Assembly (NCBI GenBank): GCA_002104905.1
Contig: MCFE01000287.1
Coordinates: forward strand, 1-64,000
Direction: 5' to 3'
Length of the DNA: 64,000 nucleotides
DNA from: Basidiobolus meristosporus CBS 931.73
Taxonomy: Eukaryota > Fungi > Basidiobolomycota
Both the position numbers and the translations under genes were made by a program. The notes beneath the pieces are model-generated. The model searched no databases, was not told the DNA's origin, and worked only from the letters and a program-made list of their open reading frames with translations. Shown here piece after piece: positions 1 to 10,754 of the stretch (positions are counted from its first letter, which is position 1; each line of letters opens with the position of its first letter).

Positions 1-667
1 CAACTCCGCTCCAAAACTCATCCGGTGAAATCATACAAGGCTTGGTTATTCGGCGCTGCTTATCAGTACGGACCCTTTTATAGTGTTGAACAATCAAGGT
101 TTTTCGCACAAGTGGTTGTACAGATGAAGTGCTATCATAATATTTACTAGCACATTCACACGTACTTTACACAAATAATTGCAGAGTAACTGAAAGTTCT
201 CATTATTCACTCTAGGGATTGGCGTTAGGTTGCACCTTATGTACCATCTGGATAAAGCCATCTTGAAAAGGCAGACCGTTTGTGCGCTCAAAAATAACCC
301 GATAAATAATGCTGTTGGACAATGATAGATATTGTCTCTTGCAACCTGTTACAACCTGGATACTAGCTTGAGATCGCGACTACGCGAACTTCGCGGTTGA
401 TTCAAAGAGATTATGTAAACATCCTCTGTTTAGCAATTACTGACAAACGTCAACCAATCGTCTTCGAAGATTTGTTGATCCAGTCAACGAGAATCTAATC
501 CAACCATAGATATTGCGTCCATAGTTTAGCCAGATTTTCATTAATGTGTTCAGTATAACCTATTCAGTTAACGTTAACTTTTGCCAACTCTTCTATTTAC
601 ACCTTCTATGACTTTTAAATTTATACTTTAATCTGCAACCTAATCAACAATCCTATTTTAAAAAGCT

Positions 668-2571
668 ATGTTCTCCAATGTTCAACGCCCCTTGTATAAG
701 AAAAGTCTTCCAGAGCCTCCAAAGAAATCCAAGAAATCGTCAACAGTCTTAGCAACTTCAGAGAAGGATGAGCAATATTTTGCTTCGCTCTTTGCTGCAG
801 TCGAATCTCCTGCGAAAAGCCCTATTCCTTCGGCGATTGACGTTGCGGAACAGGTTTACTTCACCCCGGGTACCATCCACAAAGCTAATACCTCATATTC
901 CCATGTGGGATATGGAGGTCACAGTGGAAATTTCAACCAAGAACTTGAATCAAATAACTCCCAGTTAGAGCAAGTAAATCAAAACCAAACCTCAAAGGAT
1001 GCTTCAAGTCAAATTGATACCGGCCACTCATTGCAGAATACCGAAGCTTTAGGAAGTAAACCTCTTCCCCTACCGCCTTCACAAACTTCTACAGTAGAAA
1101 AAAACACAGTTGGTACATTGCCAACCGGTGAAAATTCCGATAACTATACCCCACACCACGTCACCAACCACCCAACTACACTCGAAGAAAACATTCGTTT
1201 AGCACACCAATGGACTTCTGCTAATTCAACAAGCAGTAGTAATATCACTCATACTCTCTCACAACGCGAATTTAATCATTCAATCCCTACTGAACACTAC
1301 TCTCACTCTCAAATTCCCCAAGTACAAGAATCATACTCCAATGAATCGGAAGAAACAGAAAGTCTAAGTTCGATAGAGAATTTGTCTGGGCATTCTCCTC
1401 CAACAAACAGGCATTCTTTTATGGCACCTTTACCCCGTAAGAAATTGCCAGCGAGCCGTCCAAAATCTGTATCTATTCCACAATCAACAACACCAACAGC
1501 ACCATACTCTGCCAGTTGGAAGTCAGAGTCCGCCCTGAGCTTAGAGAAAGTAAAAATAGCCAGCCCGGATTTTAGTATGTTTAAGCCTAGTAAGAACCCT
1601 CTGAAGAGAATATCCAGAGCATTTAATGCACTCCCAGGAAGTAACAGTGGTGGAAGCGCCAAAGCTAAGGAATGCTACAACAGCTTGGGCAAGAATTCTT
1701 CTGAACGTGTAGATGCATATAGTAACGATCTTTGATTTCAGAATTTGCGTTAATCCTCTGAGCTGACACGTTATTTTAACTTTTCAAGAGAGACGCCTTC
1801 TTGAGTTGCAAAGTCGACGAACAGATATTCACAGTTGGATCAACATAACCAAACACCGAGGCCTTCGCGCCACGACGAAGCCAGCAGGTAAGCCATTTCG
1901 ATTGCGGCGTTTGCAAACACCCAAATTTAATTATCTATTAAGAACAAAAACGCAACCCCCTTGTTGCCCATACATCAGTCCTAGCCAACCATGAACGCAA
2001 ACCAGTACCGAAGACTCAGCCCCAACCACAAACAATCGTTGCCGAGCCTGAAGTTCAGATACCTAATCAAGAGAATTATCAAGCTCCAGTGATTGACAGC
2101 AGCCCTGAATCGGATGATGAGCAGTCTCTGCAGCAGTCTGTGAAGCTTGATTATAAGCTGGACATCCCTATCGAGACCAGTGGCTGCCTCTTTGACTGGG
2201 ATCATTTCGACAAAGAACTAACGAGAATCAATCGTGATCACCATGGCGGCTCTGCTGAAGCAACTTCAAACACAACTGCTAAGGAGTCGACTCGCCACAC
2301 TGCAATTGACGAGAATACTCGATCACGTCCACACTCCTACCACCCTAGCATACCTACCAACGACGAGCTTTCTAGCTTGCACAAGCATTCATCATCTTAT
2401 CCGGATAAAGCGGATTTAGGTGAGGTTAAGAAGGAGTTGTGCACAGCCCCTCGGAAAGTATTTAGAAGAAAATGCCCATCGACTTACATTAAAGGAGACT
2501 CGGATGATGAAACGCCTTTGTGCATTGTAGCCAGCCGTAAGTTGGACAAACCCACAACTGAAGATGACTGA
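668..2571 (+). CDS. Hypothetical Ser/Pro/Thr-rich, largely disordered protein (probably 3 exons)
   Basis: 355-aa ORF 668-1735. An acceptor TTTTCAAG at about 1788 and a donor GCAG|GTAAGC at about 1888 link it in frame to the ORF ending at 2571 (..DSDDETPLCIVASRKL..). No recognisable domain, and the splice joins are inferred. Confidence 0.55.
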
Positions 2572-2745
2572 AAAGCAAGTTACATTGTAAATCCCTAGTA
2601 TATTTTCCATGGTTGTTGAGAACGAGCCATGATATCCTTAAAACAAAGATTGGCTCTAATTGTACGTAATCCATCTAATAAACAATAGTTTGTATGAACT
2701 CTAAATGAGGAAGCTTTTGTTATGCTCTGCATCAAGGGGAAACGT

Positions 2746-3504
2746 TTACCAAATCACCGGAAGAAAGGTGATCAACCATAACCACCTGAATGCTGTGCTG
2801 GCAGAGCTGGTTTCAGCACTCATGATACGAGTATAGGATTCTCCGCAGTTGTTGCTGAACCATTCTCTAGCAGCCTCGTAGGTGAATGTCAACTTGTTCA
2901 GCCATTGTGCACCGAATCTGCTATATATATCCATGACTTTTTTGGAGCAGAGGGAACATATCTGGGTGTTACTAGAGTTCGAGGCATTGAACTCCTCCCC
3001 AAATGGCAATCGGTATAATGAAGAACTAGCTCTAGTCTGATATATATTTGCCAAGCAATATTCCCCCGAATCGAGTTCTTTTAGACAGCCAATACGCTGG
3101 TACAGGTGATGGTTAGCAAGAGCTTGGAATATCTTATCTGCGACAGTGTTTCCAGTGGCTAGGTCACTGCCACAGCTCTGTTTGGAGATCATCTGCTTAC
3201 GGATGCTTTGCAGGGGTTCTTGACAGCTTACTTCCTCAATAGAGCAGCTAGCCGACAAGATCTCGTCGATATCAGATACGTTTGTTTCCGCCATCCTGGT
3301 AAATTGCATGGAGGTTGATACATAAAAGCTAATTGGTCGACAGGATTGAAACTCCTCGGATTGTGAAAAGGAATTTATGAACTGTGCGCAGGTAGGAGAC
3401 ACCACCTGCTGGTAGTCCAAGTCTATTAAAGGGGGACCGCTTTGAGCGTGGACAAGGGCAAACAGCAGGCCACATGCTATTGAAACCAGGAGCTTTGTTG
3501 GCAT
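2746..3504 (-). CDS. Secreted, Cys-rich, probably GPI-anchored protein (fungal DUF7729-like)
   Basis: Intronless 252 aa. Signal peptide MPTKLLVSIACGLLFALVHA, about 10 spaced Cys, and a C-terminal S/A-rich omega region followed by the hydrophobic tail WLWLITFLPVIW. The DUF assignment is from recall. Confidence 0.8.
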   Translation of the reverse strand: MPTKLLVSIACGLLFALVHAQSGPPLIDLDYQQVVSPTCAQFINSFSQSEEFQSCRPISFYVSTSMQFTRMAETNVSDIDEILSASCSIEEVSCQEPLQSIRKQMISKQSCGSDLATGNTVADKIFQALANHHLYQRIGCLKELDSGEYCLANIYQTRASSSLYRLPFGEEFNASNSSNTQICSLCSKKVMDIYSRFGAQWLNKLTFTYEAAREWFSNNCGESYTRIMSAETSSASTAFRWLWLITFLPVIW

Positions 3505-3962
3505 CTTGTCTTCAAGGAGGATGAACTAAGCTTTGCCGAAAGAATGGTCTTGTCTTCAAGGGTTGGCGAAAGAACGGGTTTTGTTCAGTATTGCACTCAT
3601 TCACGAGTACATAAAACCACGAAGTAAGAGTCAACAATCGCATGTGAGTGATCAACAGGAGCACATGCGAACGTGATAAAAACTGGGTTACATAAGCAAT
3701 CACTCGCTAGCTCCAATTGATCATTTTGTTTCGGCTTGGCTATGCCGCTTTGACCACATCCCATAATCCAAATCCACGAGCGCAAACATCAATCTCGATC
3801 AGCCAATGTAAATTTATTACAACACACAACGCAATTATGATGATATAAACATCCGCACAAATCGATGAGCAGTTTCAGCTCTATTCACTTGGACAAAATC
3901 AGATAATTCATTCTCTTTTGTAGAAAACTGATACGAATCCACTCATTGTACTAGGTAATGAA

Positions 3963-3969
3963 TATATAT
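3963..3969 (+). promoter_or_regulatory. Putative TATA element of array paralog 1
   Basis: TATATAT about 130 nt upstream of ATG 4099. Confidence 0.3.
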
Positions 3970-4098
3970 TTGACCAAGTCAAGCATTTCATAGAATTCAG
4001 GAGTAGCCTTGGTTTGTCTACAAGAAACCGGGCTGATTCTACTTAACCAAATAGGGCGACTATACCATCATACCTACCCATCACATAACTCCAACATC

Positions 4099-4716
4099 AT
4101 GGTGTCTAAAAGAAAGAGCACAAGATCGAAGAGGTTCTCTTCTCGCAGTACGAACAGTATCAAAACAAACCGAAGCTCTTATCACATGGAGTTATGCACG
4201 ATTGAGCGTGGGCTAGGAACAAACACATTAAATATCCTGGTGGACAATGAAATACAGTACATTCTCCAAGCGAAGCGTAAACTTCTCTCGAGAAATATCC
4301 AATTCTATGATGCAGCCACTAGAAAGATGCTCTACCAGGCCAAGAACCGAGGACTTCTTGGGTATGTGAACATCAAAAGCCCCATGTACGGGGTGGATAT
4401 GAAATTCCTACGCCCACAGTTTTCTCGAGGGATATACGCGTTCCAAGCAAATGGGCTAGATTTTTTCTGGGACTTCGAATACGCATCACACCTCCGCTGC
4501 TTTACAACCCATGACATGAAGCTTGTTGCGCAATACTTCTGGAGGTCCTCGCTACTCTCTTCCCCTTTTCACACTGACTCATCGGCCGAATTTGACTTCG
4601 GCTATCTCGATAGTCTCGCTCAGCTAGTTATCTTAAGAAGCGTTTCGGATTCACCCATGGTCAGGTCCATCATCACATACACTGGACTGTTATTGTTGAA
4701 GAACTCGATTTGGTGA
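4099..4716 (+). CDS. Tubby-C/LURP-one-like (DUF6593-like) beta-barrel protein, tandem paralog 1
   Basis: First ATG at 4099 (the ORF-track start at 4009 is a TTG). Shares LGY, G..F.WD..HLRCF..DMKLVAQ and C-terminal TGLLLLKNSIW motifs with three neighbours. Basic N-terminus KRKSTRSKRF. Confidence 0.85.
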   Translation: MVSKRKSTRSKRFSSRSTNSIKTNRSSYHMELCTIERGLGTNTLNILVDNEIQYILQAKRKLLSRNIQFYDAATRKMLYQAKNRGLLGYVNIKSPMYGVDMKFLRPQFSRGIYAFQANGLDFFWDFEYASHLRCFTTHDMKLVAQYFWRSSLLSSPFHTDSSAEFDFGYLDSLAQLVILRSVSDSPMVRSIITYTGLLLLKNSIW

Positions 4717-5340
4717 ATTGAGAATAATAATTGTAATTGTAATTATCGGAAATAAGTAGAAAAAAGTAGATATTGTAAAAAGGAAATCTAACATTCATGA
4801 TCTGAAATGAAAACGCTAATCTGTTAAATCAAAAATAAATGCTGTTTGATGTAGAGCTTGATTCATTCAAAAATATATAATTGCTTCTTATCAGGTCGGC
4901 TTTATCTCTTGTTTAGTTGAGCCATAACTGTCAGATTGACCATAAATAAGCGTCTTCGCGGAATAAATATCCGATACCTATAATAACACGTGAAAATAAA
5001 TGGCCATTCAAAACACTCCACTACTCGGAATATCGGTTTCCCATACTCAAACATTTATCTCGAAAAGCAACGGCCATTGCTGGTCACGAGGAAATACCCT
5101 CACACACAACCCGAGACACTACTGTTCTCGACAGATTCACTTGCATTGCCGCTTCAACGTGGGTTGCGCAAAGGTATTTATTTAGGAACCTGCTTTAAGT
5201 CATAGGCTAGGGCCAACATATGACAAGTCTGCTTCTTAAGCTGTGGTTACCGCATTTAACTATTAAACCTCCAGATCTTTTGAATATCGATGATAATCAA
5301 AGTCCGCAATCTTATTGTCGATGGTTTATTTTTACCACTA

Positions 5341-5347
5341 TATATAA
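5341..5347 (+). promoter_or_regulatory. TATA box of array paralog 2
   Basis: TATATAA 34 nt before ATG 5381. Confidence 0.5.
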
Positions 5348-5380
5348 GGCCTGCAGGACCACTTTAACCATATATGAAAA

Positions 5381-6073
5381 ATGCACGCCACATTCAACAA
5401 ATTGAACCTCGGAGTAATGAAGCTTCCTACGAAGCGCAGAAGAAGAAGCAGTACCTATTCTTTAGTTCGATGGAATAGCAACGGCTGCTCTCAATTAACA
5501 AAATGCTTGTCACACACGTCCATATCAACTTTCTTCATCCAAGGCGATCCACTTAGACATGAGATAATGATACAGACGCAAGGTCAACCAGTCTACTATC
5601 TTCGTACCACACGGAATTTTTTTGGCAAGAAGCTGGCTCTCTACGAAAATACAAACGACACCCCACTTTACTCTATAAGCAGTCACAAGATCCTTGGTTT
5701 TATGGGTATCTGCAGCCCAAAGTCTCCAAAGATCAAACTTCGATTCCCCTACCCGCGCTCTAGCCATGGTATGTACTCCGTAGAGTGTGAAGGCTGCAAA
5801 TTTGTTTGGGATTATCATGAAGACAAGTACTTGAGGTGCTACGATATGTCTGACGCAAGTATTATTGCCGAGTTGTTCTGGTCAGATATTGTATCTGATA
5901 GCTCCAGCTGCTCGTCGTATTCCTCGGGCTCCACAGAGGACGTGCAATATGCAAAATACGTAGCAAAGGTGCTCATGATACCGTTTAACCAATTCACCGT
6001 CGCGAAGCAGTTGCTTATTTTACTCACCGGTTTACTCATCCTTCGCAACTCGATTTGGAGAAAGGATGTTTAG
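5381..6073 (+). CDS. Tubby-C/LURP-one-like protein, tandem paralog 2
   Basis: Intronless 230 aa (alternative start 5417). Motifs FFGKK, HKILGF, KFVWDY..YLRCY, TGLLILRNSIW. N-terminal KRRRRSS. Confidence 0.85.
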   Translation: MHATFNKLNLGVMKLPTKRRRRSSTYSLVRWNSNGCSQLTKCLSHTSISTFFIQGDPLRHEIMIQTQGQPVYYLRTTRNFFGKKLALYENTNDTPLYSISSHKILGFMGICSPKSPKIKLRFPYPRSSHGMYSVECEGCKFVWDYHEDKYLRCYDMSDASIIAELFWSDIVSDSSSCSSYSSGSTEDVQYAKYVAKVLMIPFNQFTVAKQLLILLTGLLILRNSIWRKDV

Positions 6074-6532
6074 TGTTCTAAATCTATGTACATTCCCCTG
6101 ATCTGACTGGTCATGACCCGCTTGAAACACCTGTACAATAAACGGATAGATCTACCGATATGATCCATATAGCTCTGAACCACGACATAAGGTTTGTCAA
6201 GTGATCGGCCGAATAATCGATCCAGTTGGCTTCGTCTCACCAAGCATATAGAACAACCCAAGTTGTGAAGCGACATCACTGTTGAACGATGGTTTTTCCG
6301 GGCAGGATTGCTGAATATGCTGTAATTGCTATACTGTATTTCCTTCGGTATTGATTAGGTAACATATTTATTCGTTTTGGAGATAGGCGGGCAAAATCAG
6401 TGGGCTCCACTTCCTATTTGAGTATGTTTTTATGGACAAGTTGATTGAATAGATCTCTCTTAACATACAGCACAATCTTTGGTATCGACACTGGGAGGAT
6501 GTTACTATGATAATCCATATGAGTTCTCATAG

Positions 6533-6539
6533 TATAAAA
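6533..6539 (+). promoter_or_regulatory. TATA box of array paralog 3
   Basis: TATAAAA 50 nt before ATG 6589. Confidence 0.5.
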
Positions 6540-6588
6540 CTAGGTCGACATTCTTCCGTAGTCCTCAACCACTTCAGTATAATCGATA

Positions 6589-7242
6589 ATGCCATCTATC
6601 CTTCAGAATCGTTCCGATTCAGAGAGTCTCTCCAGCACAAGCAACACTAATTCTATTTCTAGTGGAGCGTCAAGCAGCTTAGATGCCTCTTTCTGGCCTA
6701 TAACGTCCCATTCATACCATGGACTACCTTTTCAGATCAGCTACTTGAAGGATTCCCATAAAATGTCGGTGACTGTGCCAGGACTGACGAGCTACTCTCT
6801 GGTAGAGGAATCTAACGTCTTTGGGAAAAAATACACCTTCTATGATGAAGTCCACCAGCCTATGTATCGCATCAAGGATCACCGTATGCTTGGTTATATC
6901 GATGTATCCAGCACCAAGTTCGCCACCCATATTCGAGTTGTATATCCTACTAGCAGTCACAAGACTTGTAATTTCCATGTAGGAGGAGTCAAGTACTCTT
7001 GGGAGTTCGATGGGCAACACTTCAAATGCTACAATACTACTGATATGATTATAGTTGCACAGATCTACCTGGAAAATTTCGAGAACAGCCTTTCCAAACA
7101 GCCAAACGCAATAGCACCAATCAACCATCATCACACAATAGCTCAACTGGCCATTGTTCCCCAAGCGTATTTCGCAGAATCCAACCAGACTTTGATAATA
7201 GTCACTGGTTTAATCATATTGAAGCATTTAATATGGAACTAG
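6589..7242 (+). CDS. Tubby-C/LURP-one-like protein, tandem paralog 3
   Basis: Intronless 217 aa. Motifs VFGKKY, HRMLGY, GVKYSWEF..FKCY..DMIIVAQ, TGLIILKHLIW. Ser-rich N-terminus. Confidence 0.85.
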   Translation: MPSILQNRSDSESLSSTSNTNSISSGASSSLDASFWPITSHSYHGLPFQISYLKDSHKMSVTVPGLTSYSLVEESNVFGKKYTFYDEVHQPMYRIKDHRMLGYIDVSSTKFATHIRVVYPTSSHKTCNFHVGGVKYSWEFDGQHFKCYNTTDMIIVAQIYLENFENSLSKQPNAIAPINHHHTIAQLAIVPQAYFAESNQTLIIVTGLIILKHLIWN

Positions 7243-7502
7243 TCTAGACAAGCCTTTATGTTGCATTGATGGATACATGTAGATAAATAAATGATCAGTC
7301 ATTAGCTGTTGACGGTTTTATCCATTCTTGGGATTCCAATGCAGCGGATTTTGGCATGTATGTAGTACCGAAGGCAGAACGGTAGAAATATGAGATGTAG
7401 TACCGAAGACAGAAATGTGGTTGCACATATGTCCAATGAAAGGAAGTGTGGAGACCTTTACTATACACTAACCTGGTTCATGTATCGTTAAAGAATTTAA
7501 TA

Positions 7503-8003
7503 CTACTCGATAGGCCGATTTGCGGCAATTCGGCAGGACTTTCCCGCCATGAGCAATAGAGAATTGATCAACTTTTGAATTCTATGTGGTCGATCGCAGG
7601 TGATAGTGAAGCCAAATGGGCAAACATATTCCCAATCATCATCCGCATTTCTATGATGGAATCTCCAATCCATATGTTTGTATGTCGGAATTGATAGCGA
7701 GTTCCGTTCCAACCAACCAATGCCTCGCACCAATGATTAACCTGCCGAGGTAAAAAGAACGTGAAAATCAGAGAGCTGGCGTCAGACTTCCTTTTATAGC
7801 TTGTTTCTCGCGTTTCGTATTCTAGTTTATAATCAACCAAGTAGTGGTTTCAGTGCTTGTCGATGTTTATACTCGAATACTGTGCTGGCAGCTGGTATCA
7901 GCAGATTAAGTGGATCAGCGACTACGGAAAGATCAGAGAAGATTCTGAAATAGATATTTGTGGGGAGTTGGAACAATATATTTTCATATGAAGAATATGT
8001 CAT
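7503..8003 (-). pseudogene. Possible frameshifted remnant of a fifth, inverted array-like gene
   Basis: Three overlapping minus-strand frames (8003-7833, 7840-7568, 7733-7503). The middle frame reads FLPRQVNHWCEALVGWNGTRYQF..FAHL, weakly like the family's P..G..Y.W..VAQ segment. The last frame has a hydrophobic helix LINSLLLMAG. Similarity is weak. Confidence 0.25.
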
Positions 8004-8079
8004 TATACTGGCTTGTTTTGCCGTTGGACTATTTTGGTATTGGTGACTTAACCATTCAACCTCGCTACATGCTAATGCG

Positions 8080-8086
8080 TATATAA
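8080..8086 (+). promoter_or_regulatory. TATA box of array paralog 4
   Basis: TATATAA about 63 nt before ATG 8149. Confidence 0.5.
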
Positions 8087-8148
8087 GAGGTCTCAGCCCC
8101 AAAGTTACAACCCATCTCAGCTGCTTATTTTCTATTACTCATCATATC

Positions 8149-8754
8149 ATGGCCAGTCAGATCTTACGACCACAGCATAGCTCCACCTTTGGCTATAGCC
8201 ATCATCATTCACAATCAGAACATAAACCTTCTGAGCTAGTAGTCTTCAATTGTGAGAGAAGCTCTGATAGCGTTATTATTCGCAGAGGTGATGATGTTCA
8301 ATATCACCTCAAACGCCAACTATTCGGGAAACGATATGTTCTGAATGCCGAGCATACTAAGAACACTCTGATTCGCGCTGTCACCCACAAAGCCGTTGGA
8401 TATATCACGCTGAAGAGTGAGATATTCTCTATCCACTTCAATCTCTCATTCCCACAGTTCCCCCGGGGCGTCTATACATTTGAGATCGATGGAGTGAGCT
8501 ATCTCTGGGATTACGAGATGAACTCTCACTTAAGATGCTTTACCGTCAAAGACATGAAGCTTGTGGCTCAGTTCTTCTCCAACTCCTTCAACGCTCACCG
8601 CTCTCACAGTTCCAATATATCTCAGGAAGAGCCCCCCAAATCCAACAAATGGAACGCCAGATTAGCCATGGTGAAGGATATCACCCCATCGTCGGGAACT
8701 CTTGCACTAATTACGATGACAGGGCTGCTCCTCATGAAGAAGCAAATATGGTAG
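8149..8754 (+). CDS. Tubby-C/LURP-one-like protein, tandem paralog 4
   Basis: Intronless 201 aa. Motifs LFGKRY, HKAVGY, PQFPRGVYTF..GVSYLWDY..HLRCF..DMKLVAQ, TGLLLMKKQIW. Closest to paralog 1. Confidence 0.85.
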   Translation: MASQILRPQHSSTFGYSHHHSQSEHKPSELVVFNCERSSDSVIIRRGDDVQYHLKRQLFGKRYVLNAEHTKNTLIRAVTHKAVGYITLKSEIFSIHFNLSFPQFPRGVYTFEIDGVSYLWDYEMNSHLRCFTVKDMKLVAQFFSNSFNAHRSHSSNISQEEPPKSNKWNARLAMVKDITPSSGTLALITMTGLLLMKKQIW

Positions 8755-9726
8755 ACACCCTATTGCCTCGCCCTATTTATGTTGTTATATTCCTGGTGCT
8801 TCACCCTTTCCCGTATTTATACAGCTTCTCGTTGTCTCTGTAAAAACATGTTAGACGTCCTTCTCTGTTTCTTGAATGCCCTTGTACAATCTAGTTTATG
8901 AATACTGTCATTTGAAATGATAGGATCCGATTGCTTGATCTATAAAAGATTTCATTACCAAGTACGTCCATGATTCATCAGATTGATGTCTAGGTCGGAG
9001 TAAGCAATGTCGTCAGTGGAGCGGCATCTCACAAATATATATCCAGAATACGAAAAGAGGATTCTAAAAAAAATTCTCTAACCTTAAGGAAACTTAATGT
9101 CAGCCTAGCCATGTCGCTGAATTGCTATTCCCTAACTTGATAGTGTTCACAAATTTTCTTCCAAAAGAGGTGGCATTATTTGTCCATGCATAACCAAATA
9201 AACCAATCACCTGCAAATTCCAGAAACTAGAAGTCCACTATGCATAGTGTGTTTTTACAATCGAAGAAACCCGCTGCGCATACATACTGTTGTAACACCT
9301 CCTCGTTATTGGATTCCATTTATATCGGCTATTATTAACTTGTACCTACCTGTGCATTGATTATCCATATTTTTTAGCTAGTGTTCGAGCACCGAAATCA
9401 TGGTTGACCGGATAGATGGTCTTTTCTTGGATTGTGTCGTACAGAGTCCCGTTTTCTTGGGCTTAATGATGGAGTGCTCTGATCAGTAGGTATATTACCA
9501 CCAATATACTCACTAGCCACTATACGTAAGAGGCGCAACCAAGAGATATGGCGGCAATTTCCAACTGGGTCGAACGGATGTGCTTTGTGTCACCTTGGTG
9601 AGAAAAGTGGAAATTCCAATTACCGTTGAGCGAATGGCACTCAGCACAATGTTCACAGCGGTATATAAACTGGCGGCACCTGTTTCTCCAACCTCCCTAT
9701 TCCACTACCTCTCCTCCATCCACTTC

Positions 9727-10495
9727 ATGAACCGCGATTCAGATATAGCCAGAAAGCAGAGGGGCCATTCTGCCACACCGCTTGGATTATGCGCCTTTGC
9801 AATGACAACATTCGTAATGGGGTGTATCAATCTTGGTTTCTCGACTCGTACGCCAAGCATTGTTATCGGATTGGCTTTCTTTTACGGCGGCTTAATTCAG
9901 GTGCTAGAATTTGCTATTTGTGCTAGAAACCCTGAATACTTACAATACTGCATGCGTTCTTTCTCTATATATAGCTTATCTGTGGAATTTGGCACCTTAT
10001 ATGCACCAATGCATTTGAGGCGGTGCTCTTTGGGTCCTGGGGTGGGTTCTGGCTATCATTTGCTCCTATCCTCATGACCTCCTGGGGAATTCAAAGCGAT
10101 TATACCGATGGAAACTTCGCCCTTGCCAGCGGATACTTCAACATCGGTACGTACAACAACATCGTTTTTCACATATGCACCACTGATTCCGACTAGGCTG
10201 GATCATTTTTTCATTGTTGATGTTGATGGGATCCTTCCGCGCGCCGATCACCATCCTCCTCCTGAACATATTTGTCGTATGCAATTGCACCGTACTGACA
10301 ATTGGCACCTTCACCGACGAGAAGATATGGTTCCGGATTGGCGGGTTTTGCGGGATCATCGCCTCCTTGTTCGCCTGGTACAACGCAGCTGTCCACATCC
10401 TGAACACAAGCAATACCTTCTTCCAGCTTTCTGCAGGGCCATCCTTGTTTCCGCCCAGATGTCTGGAAAAATTGGACTCAAAAAGCTGCGCTTGA
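9727..10495 (+). CDS. GPR1/FUN34/YaaH (ATO/SatP) acetate/ammonium transporter
   Basis: Exons 9727-9900, 9975-10146 and 10197-10495. Motifs ATPLGLCAFAMTTF, FFYGGLIQLICG, FGSWGGFWLSF, GGFCGII..AWYNA. Confidence 0.9.
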
Positions 10496-10611
10496 TTTGA
10501 TTCAAACTCATAGAAATTATCTCTTCAATGTACATTCTTATGATCAAGTAAATAAACTTTCCACCATCCGGATCAACCAGTTGACAGACTACTCATTGAC
10601 CAAGTAGATAG

Positions 10612-10754
10612 GCGTAGTGGGTATGCGTAGTGGGTATGCGTAGTGGGTATGCGTAGTGGGTATGCGTAGTGGGTATGCGTAGTGGGTATGCGTAGTGGGT
10701 ATGCGTAGTGGGTATGCGTAGTGGGTATGCGTAGTGGGTATGCGTAGTGGGTAG
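10612..10754 (+). repeat. Minisatellite, 11 x 13-bp GCGTAGTGGGTAT
   Basis: Ten perfect units plus an eleventh ending TAG. No spacers. Intergenic. Confidence 0.97.

Noticed and set aside
94-291. Short minus-strand ORF at the window start
   Set aside because: Non-ATG start, short, no motif, AT-rich intergenic character.
9580-9726. Longer N-terminus for the ATO gene in the ORF track
   Set aside because: It lies upstream of and across a TATATAA element (about 9663). ATG 9727 fits the family better.
10612-10754. Possible CRISPR array
   Set aside because: The units are contiguous with no unique spacers, the context is eukaryotic and there are no cas genes.
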